From a virus (lineage: Duplodnaviria; Caudoviricetes): a stretch of DNA of 64,000 nt. The notes beneath the pieces are model-generated. The model was not told the DNA's origin. It saw only the letters and a list, made by a program, of their open reading frames with translations, and did not search any database. This document shows positions 58,167 to 64,000 of the stretch, piece after piece. The stretch lies in the IMG/VR virus record IMGVR_UViG_3300024351_000013; one strand, given 5' to 3'. The translations under genes and the position numbers were made by a program. How positions within the stretch are numbered: the first letter of the stretch is position 1; each line of letters opens with the position of its first letter.

Positions 58167-58835
58167 TCACTCTATTGGTGGTTGAGGAATTTCTGGAAGT
58201 TCTCTCACAATCACATCATAAACCTCATCAATTGTCGTGCAAGCATCAATCTCTTGAAGTTTTGCAAGTTCCCAATCAAATGCATCTTGAACTACTTTAT
58301 CAATTTCACTGATAATAGTTTGAAGATTTTCTGTGGTAACTTCTAACCAAGCATTGGCAAACTTATAATTATGAGGACCTGGTGCTGCACTTAACTTACT
58401 TGCTAGCATCAACCTTTCTTCTCTTGAAGTTGATACTTGAACTGAATTACCATTAATATCTAAGGCAATTGTCGTATTTTCTTTTTCTTTTCTATATGGA
58501 GCAACTTCTTGCTTACGAATTACTTTGACTTCTTCTAGACTCTTATCAATAATTGGATAAGTAAATACTACTTTGATTGGAGTACCATCTTCTTCAATAA
58601 TTTCCCAAGTAAGATTTCCGATGTTGTGATACTTTGGATCATGTTCTGGAATTACTTTTTCAATTGGCAGAAGATGTGTAAGACCATCACTAAAATGAAT
58701 TGGAAGGTCTGTATAACTTTGTGGAGAAATTCTTTCTTCTACTTCAAGGTCTTCCAAATCGGCATTAATGTATTTCACATTAAATCCCATTGGGCCAAGT
58801 TCTAATGAATTATTATGAATAAGTGCGATTTCCAT
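58167..58835 (-). CDS. DUF4376-like protein (possible fibre assembly chaperone)
   Basis: V.TSREER, VQDAFDWE...L.EI; sits between fibre-like genes. Confidence 0.65.
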   Translation of the reverse strand: MEIALIHNNSLELGPMGFNVKYINADLEDLEVEERISPQSYTDLPIHFSDGLTHLLPIEKVIPEHDPKYHNIGNLTWEIIEEDGTPIKVVFTYPIIDKSLEEVKVIRKQEVAPYRKEKENTTIALDINGNSVQVSTSREERLMLASKLSAAPGPHNYKFANAWLEVTTENLQTIISEIDKVVQDAFDWELAKLQEIDACTTIDEVYDVIVRELPEIPQPPIE

Positions 58836-58852
58836 AGCAATTTTTTAAGTAT

Positions 58853-60037
58853 TTATGATATTGGTAGGTCTGGTGTGGTTCCAGAGAAGACTGCTGATGT
58901 ATGTCGAAATTCTGCAGAAACTTGTTTCCAGTTAGTTCCTCCTGCAAAAGAAGTAACTGGAGTATTTTTTTGAATTGAATCATTGGCTCCAAGTTGAGCA
59001 TAAGCAGATGAACCCCAGATCCATAAGGTTCCATCAGTTTTAATTGCTGCGGTATGAGAATCTCCACCAGAAATTTGTTTCCAGTTAGTTCCTCCAGAAA
59101 ATGTTGTTGATGGAATTGATTTTTTGAGGGTTATCGTATTATCTCCCAATTCACCTCTAGCACCATAACCCCAAGTCCATAAGGTTCCATTAGTTTTAAT
59201 TGCTGCTGTATGATATCCTCCAGAAGAAACTTGTTTCCAGTTGGTTCCTCCAGTAAATGTTGTGATTGGAGTGTTTTTTTGGATTGTTGTATTGTCTCCC
59301 AAATTCCCATAATTATTATAACCCCAAAGCCATAAAGTCCCATCGGTTTTAATTGCTGCCGTGAAAACACCGCCACCAGAAACTTGTTTCCAGTTGGTTC
59401 CTCCGGCGAATGTTGTGACTGGGGTTGATCTATGGACTGTGGTATTATCTCCTATTCCTCCGAATGAATTGCGTCCCCAAAGCCATAGAGTTCCATCGGT
59501 TTTAGTTGCTGCAATATGGCCACCTCCACAAGAAACTTGTTTCCAGTTAGTTCCTCCAGAAAATGTAGTGACTGGAGTACTTCTGGCACCTGTGGCGTTA
59601 ATTCCTATTTGTGAATACTGATTCAGTCCCCAACACCACAAAGTTCCATCAGTTTTTATTGCTGCTGCATGATATTGTGCAGAAGAAACTTGTCTCCAGT
59701 TGGTTCCTCCAGCAAATGTAGTGACTGGGGTTGATTTTGTGACTGATGTATTGTCTCCTAATATTCCAAAGGAATTAATTCCCCAAGTCCATAAAGTCCC
59801 ATCAGTTTTTATTGCTGCTTTATTTTTAAATCCACCGGCAACTTGTTTCCAGTTGGTTCCTCCAGCAAATGTAGTAACTGGAGTAGATCTATTACCAGTA
59901 GCGTTGATTCCCAATTGGCTAACATCATTACGCCCCCAAGTCCATAATTCATCACCAACCCACTGGTCTATCAACCAAGATTCAGTGACAAAATAATTTT
60001 CCAAATCTCCTTCTGGTGAGAAAAACTGATTAGGCAT
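58853..60037 (-). CDS. RCC1/BLIP-II 7-repeat beta-propeller protein
   Basis: Seven repeats of the same consensus. Confidence 0.9.
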   Translation of the reverse strand: MPNQFFSPEGDLENYFVTESWLIDQWVGDELWTWGRNDVSQLGINATGNRSTPVTTFAGGTNWKQVAGGFKNKAAIKTDGTLWTWGINSFGILGDNTSVTKSTPVTTFAGGTNWRQVSSAQYHAAAIKTDGTLWCWGLNQYSQIGINATGARSTPVTTFSGGTNWKQVSCGGGHIAATKTDGTLWLWGRNSFGGIGDNTTVHRSTPVTTFAGGTNWKQVSGGGVFTAAIKTDGTLWLWGYNNYGNLGDNTTIQKNTPITTFTGGTNWKQVSSGGYHTAAIKTNGTLWTWGYGARGELGDNTITLKKSIPSTTFSGGTNWKQISGGDSHTAAIKTDGTLWIWGSSAYAQLGANDSIQKNTPVTSFAGGTNWKQVSAEFRHTSAVFSGTTPDLPIS

Positions 60038-60110
60038 TTAACTTTTTCTCCAACTCTTCGATACGAACCTGTTGTTCTTTAATTGCTTCAATCAATACAC
60101 CCACAAGATT
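60031..60110 (-). pseudogene. Orphan 3' end of a peptidase-S74 (intramolecular chaperone) fibre gene
   Basis: NLVGVLIEAIKEQQVRIEELEKKLNA-stop with no start codon; 38/44 nt identical to 63707..63750. Confidence 0.75.
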
Positions 60111-60140
60111 TATAGGTATTTATCTGAAACTACAAAAAAA

Positions 60141-61349
60141 TTAAACACCAAATCTTCCACGAGTAGCATTAAAGTTCTGTTGAACTTCTGATGCTGAAAG
60201 AACGCGATTATAAAAAACACATGAACTCATAAATCCATCAAAATTTACTCCGTTTGCACTAACGCTCTGTCCAATTTTTGCATTATTACCAGTACCAGTA
60301 TAAGCACCTCCCCCAGTGTGAGAGTTGTCCAAAACACCATTTATATAAATTCTTTTTGCATATGTTGTGTTGTTTAATGTAAAAACAATATGATACCATG
60401 TTCCAGTACTTAAAGTTCTTGTCCCAGATAGATCATCAAAAAACATTCCAAAATAAAGACGACTATTTCTTTGATTTAAATGAAGAGCAGTTCTTGTACC
60501 AAATGAACCATGTTGCAATAAAACTTTATCACTAGAATCAACGCTAGTTGTGTTTATAGTATCAAAATTTACCCAAAAACTGATAGTCCAGTTTCCTTGA
60601 AAAAAAGAATCAGTTAATCCAGTTGGAACAATGTGATCATTACTGCCATCAAAAACAAGAGTTCCTCCATTAGAACCGCTGTAAAATGGGCCATTTGTCA
60701 AAGTTCCGGTATTACTATTACCACTCAAGTCTCTAAAAACACTGCCTCCATAATAACTTGATGTAAATGAAGTTGGTGTAGTTGTTCCTGATGGCACTCT
60801 TTCTACTTGAAGACCATCCCACCATATAGTTTGTCCAGTTCCGCCAGTGTCTGGTCCATCTAATCTTACATGAATATAAGCAATGGTCGCATCAGCCATT
60901 GTTACATAATAATTCACTCTTGTCCATTCTGTAGTAATATTAAAAGTTGTTGATGTTATTGTTAACCATGCACCATTAACAAATCCTGTACCTGAACTAT
61001 TGGCACCAAATATAAAAATTTGTCCAGTTGTTGCAACATCTGCTTTGACATAAACACTTACAACCCAAGTCTGTCCATTTGCTGCTGGTGCAATATTCCA
61101 AGTAGAACTATTGTAAGTTCCTATATGTGGGTCATTTCCAGTTACTGCCATTTTCAGTGGAGTATTGCCAACTGGAGAACTTATTGTATCTCTTGAAATT
61201 GTACAAGCATTTAAACCAGCGGTTGAGCACCAAGTAAAAATATCAGTAGAATATTGAAACTCATTTTGAGAATAAGATTTCTTATTTGCTGGATCAAGTG
61301 CAAGAACCAACCCCGTCTCTGATGTATCTGGACCGCTATAAACTCCCAT
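60141..61349 (-). CDS. LamG/concanavalin-A-like virion protein with an internal carbohydrate-binding-like domain
   Basis: GLVLALD..N.KSY, DLSGNSNTGTLTNGP, WYHIV, YNRVLS..EV.QNFNA.RGRFG. Confidence 0.8.
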   Translation of the reverse strand: MGVYSGPDTSETGLVLALDPANKKSYSQNEFQYSTDIFTWCSTAGLNACTISRDTISSPVGNTPLKMAVTGNDPHIGTYNSSTWNIAPAANGQTWVVSVYVKADVATTGQIFIFGANSSGTGFVNGAWLTITSTTFNITTEWTRVNYYVTMADATIAYIHVRLDGPDTGGTGQTIWWDGLQVERVPSGTTTPTSFTSSYYGGSVFRDLSGNSNTGTLTNGPFYSGSNGGTLVFDGSNDHIVPTGLTDSFFQGNWTISFWVNFDTINTTSVDSSDKVLLQHGSFGTRTALHLNQRNSRLYFGMFFDDLSGTRTLSTGTWYHIVFTLNNTTYAKRIYINGVLDNSHTGGGAYTGTGNNAKIGQSVSANGVNFDGFMSSCVFYNRVLSASEVQQNFNATRGRFGV

Positions 61350-62878
61350 TAGATTCCAAACCTCCCTCTTAATGCGTTAAAATTTTGTGAAATTTCATCA
61401 GCACTCAATGCAGCATTATACATTTTTACGCATCCAACATTGTTTTCTGAATAGTAATAAAAGGCACCAGTATTTCCATCTCCCGCACCACCTAATCTTA
61501 AATCATCACTAGTTCCAGAAAAAGCAGTAGATGTTAAGGTATCAGTTTTCTTAAGAACTCCATTTAAATATGTCTTAAAAGTAGTCCCAGATTTTGTTAC
61601 TGCAACATGAAACCATTGACCTTCAATAATGTCAGTTCCGGATGTTCCTAAAGATAAACTCGTTAGATTTTTTATTGTTGGTCCGGTATTATCCCAAATA
61701 TAATACAACAAAGAACTGGCATTATATAAAAACATACTGTGGTATCCTCGATAAGTGACTAAAACACTTTCTCCCTCACAAGTATCGTATAGTGTTGGAT
61801 TTCTATCATTAATTCTTGCCCACACTTCTGTCGTATGGTCATTATACAGATATGTATTGGAAGCAAGAGCACCAGAAGCAGTTACACTCATATTACCACC
61901 AATCTTATATGCACCAGTCATTGCCCTAGAAGTTACGGTTCCCATATTGGCACTTAAGTTATAAGTTCCTGCTCCACCAGTTCCCGTTCCAAACGATGAA
62001 ATTGTAAGAGCTGGTGTTAATCCGGTGTATGATAGTGCCATTCCATTTGTAATGGTTCCACTTGAAACTGCAGATACTGTAAGAACTGTTCCTGAAATAG
62101 ATCCAGTAAAGTCTGCAAAGGTTTCATTGCGATCAAATCTTATAGAGTTAGTTGTTGCATCGTAAGAGATATATTGTGGTTGATTAATTGTATGAGAATA
62201 GTTTGAGATTGTTGATGTTGCTGTTGTTGGTCTTGTGACTGTTGATGCTACTGTTTGAACATATGGTGATGCTGATGCTTGCGACCCCCTTTCGACTTGC
62301 CATCCCCACACATAAACATTGTGTCCAGAGACATTGGAAGTTCCTTGATCTCTTACATAAACTCTAGAAACCGCTCCAGTATTATCTCCACTATTATAGG
62401 TAACAATTGCTCTATACCAACCATCTGGATATTGAATTAGTTGTGAAGTTGCAGTTGTTCCCGCAGTTGTGGTTAAATATGTTGTTGGACTGGAACCCCA
62501 AGTAATCTCTAAAACTGCCTGCCTAAAAGTTCCTACAGTAAAATATAAATTTATTGTACTTTTTGGACTAGTTCCAGACTTAAGAAAAACTGAAAATGTA
62601 TAGTTTGTATTTGTAGTTACTACTAAGTTTTTATCGACATTGCAAGTATTTGAACCTCCATTTGTGGTTGAAGTTAAAGTATCTGCAGTTAATGTTCCGT
62701 TAGGAGAAACAATGCTATTTGTTGTTATTGATACGTCACTTGAGAAACTATTCTGCGATATGTCTTCACTGTAAGTTATTAAATTTTCACTGCCATTATA
62801 GCATTTCTGAATGTTTCCGAAGTCCAAGTTGAGTAACAAATTTCGTGTTACTATCTGTGGCGAATGAGAGAGTCCCAT
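61349..62878 (-). CDS. LamG-like virion protein with an N-terminal spike/CBM-like domain
   Basis: NLITYSE..SPNGT.TAD...WGWQVE; WFHVAVT...YLNG, YNAALS.DEI.QNFNALRGRFGI. Confidence 0.8.
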   Translation of the reverse strand: MGLSHSPQIVTRNLLLNLDFGNIQKCYNGSENLITYSEDISQNSFSSDVSITTNSIVSPNGTLTADTLTSTTNGGSNTCNVDKNLVVTTNTNYTFSVFLKSGTSPKSTINLYFTVGTFRQAVLEITWGSSPTTYLTTTAGTTATSQLIQYPDGWYRAIVTYNSGDNTGAVSRVYVRDQGTSNVSGHNVYVWGWQVERGSQASASPYVQTVASTVTRPTTATSTISNYSHTINQPQYISYDATTNSIRFDRNETFADFTGSISGTVLTVSAVSSGTITNGMALSYTGLTPALTISSFGTGTGGAGTYNLSANMGTVTSRAMTGAYKIGGNMSVTASGALASNTYLYNDHTTEVWARINDRNPTLYDTCEGESVLVTYRGYHSMFLYNASSLLYYIWDNTGPTIKNLTSLSLGTSGTDIIEGQWFHVAVTKSGTTFKTYLNGVLKKTDTLTSTAFSGTSDDLRLGGAGDGNTGAFYYYSENNVGCVKMYNAALSADEISQNFNALRGRFGI

Positions 62879-63648
62879 TAGATTTCAAACCTCCCTCTAA
62901 GTGCATTAAAGTTTTGTGAAATTTCTGCTGTTGTTAGAGCTCTATTATAAACTTGAACATTACTTATTGATCCCTCAAAATTATGATACCCTGTAGATGG
63001 TGTATTTAATGATGCAGTATTACCAATATCAATATTGTATATTTGCACTGTAGCAGTTCCAACTGTTAAAGTTGTTGGTGAAGATGCATTTAGATACCCA
63101 TAAGCAACAGAACCATTCCAAGTTACTACTGCATTATACCAAGTGTTTGTATTTACTAATGTGTTTGATATTGGGGTATTTGTGCCCCTAATAGCAGCAA
63201 CACATTTATTTGTATTTGTGCCATAAACAGTAGATGTTCCAGCAACAAATATTCCAAATGTCGCTCCAGTTGCAATACCGCCACTTCTTCCGAAAATATG
63301 ATAAGAACAATTTCCACCATTCAATGCATCACTTCTTGATTGTGTTGGAGAAACTGGAAATTTAAACCAAGCAGAAACACTCCAAGATCCATTTGTATCT
63401 GCAAAAAGATTATTAGCAATTGTAAAACTGGAATTGCCATTTGTTACATAATCATCAACTCCATCAAAAACAATAGATCCACCATTAGAACTATTGTAAG
63501 TAGGACCATTAGTTAAAGTTCCAGTATTACTATTACCACTCAAATCGGTCCAAGTCGCTCCACTTCCGGGATAACTCTTTGTATTTCCAGCATCAAGTGC
63601 TAATACAAGACCATTTGTAACTGTGCCGGGATTATAAGCAACTGCCAT
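62878..63648 (-). CDS. LamG-like virion protein
   Basis: GLVLALDAGN.KSYPGSG.TW.DLSG, WYNAVVTW, YNRALT..EI.QNFNALRGRF. Confidence 0.82.
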   Translation of the reverse strand: MAVAYNPGTVTNGLVLALDAGNTKSYPGSGATWTDLSGNSNTGTLTNGPTYNSSNGGSIVFDGVDDYVTNGNSSFTIANNLFADTNGSWSVSAWFKFPVSPTQSRSDALNGGNCSYHIFGRSGGIATGATFGIFVAGTSTVYGTNTNKCVAAIRGTNTPISNTLVNTNTWYNAVVTWNGSVAYGYLNASSPTTLTVGTATVQIYNIDIGNTASLNTPSTGYHNFEGSISNVQVYNRALTTAEISQNFNALRGRFEI

Positions 63649-64000
63649 TATGAAAAATCCTTTTCCTTCAAACTCTTAATTTCTTCCTTAAGGATATTTA
63701 TTTGTTCTTGCTGTTCTTTGATTGCTTCAATCAATACGCCAACAATATTTCCATAAGATACTGACTTAAGACCATCTTCGTTTTCTGCAACAACTTCTGG
63801 AAGTACCTTCTCAATATCTTGTGCAATCACACCAATTGAAGGTTGACTATTTTCATCTTTCCACTTATATCTTACACCCTCAAGTTGAGTTACTAAAGAT
63901 AGTGCATTTTTAATTGGTTGAATATCAGTTTTTTGTGTCCTATCAGATAGTGACGTAAATACTGTTGCGGATAATGTTCCTGTTGATGGATTAAAAGTGC
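63648..64000 (-). CDS. Tail-fibre gene 3' end with a peptidase S74 chaperone domain (partial)
   Basis: Frame open to the window edge: SDRTQKTDI..I.NAL..V..L.GV.Y.WK...IGVIAQ..EKVLPEVV...VSYGNIVGVLIEAIKEQQ. Confidence 0.9.
   Translation of the reverse strand, partial: TFNPSTGTLSATVFTSLSDRTQKTDIQPIKNALSLVTQLEGVRYKWKDENSQPSIGVIAQDIEKVLPEVVAENEDGLKSVSYGNIVGVLIEAIKEQQEQINILKEEIKSLKEKDFS

Noticed and set aside
51656-60037. CRISPR array or DGR suggested by regularly spaced DNA repeats
   Set aside because: Repeats have a period of about 155-165 nt, are in-frame protein repeats, and no cas or reverse transcriptase gene or adenine-specific template/variable pair is visible in the window

Overview
64 kb of a lytic T4-like myovirus genome, cyanophage-like (mazG, hsp20, cobS-like and conserved cyanomyophage hypotheticals; no photosynthesis genes in this window, so the host is inferred). 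Every credible gene is on the minus strand. 1-25.8 kb: replication/recombination module (g41, uvsX, g43, regA, g62, dam, g44, g45, AAA+/vWA pair, g46, g47, g55, uvsW, uvsY) plus tRNA-Ala(UGC), interrupted by late-promoter cargo genes and a GIY-YIG endonuclease. 25.2-38.7 kb: head/tail morphogenesis (g3, second GIY-YIG, g23, g22, g21, g20, g19, g18, g17). 38.7-64 kb: variable island upstream of g17 with about 17 glycosylation and tailoring genes (TPR-fused glycosyltransferases, RfbH-type 3-dehydrase, SDR, FkbM methyltransferase, sulfotransferase, two 2OG-Fe(II) oxygenases). These are interleaved with three 7-bladed RCC1/BLIP-II repeat proteins and followed by three LamG-like genes and the 3' end of a peptidase-S74 fibre gene. 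Best leads: (1) a candidate phage-encoded virion protein glycosylation/sulfation system linked to shuffled RCC1 propellers; (2) several proteins with T4 internal-protein-like capsid-targeting N-termini; (3) a T4 I-TevI-like hairpin/late-promoter switch on an endonuclease; (4) a duplicated S74 3' end bracketing a LamG cassette. All family assignments come from motif recognition by eye; no database searches were run.
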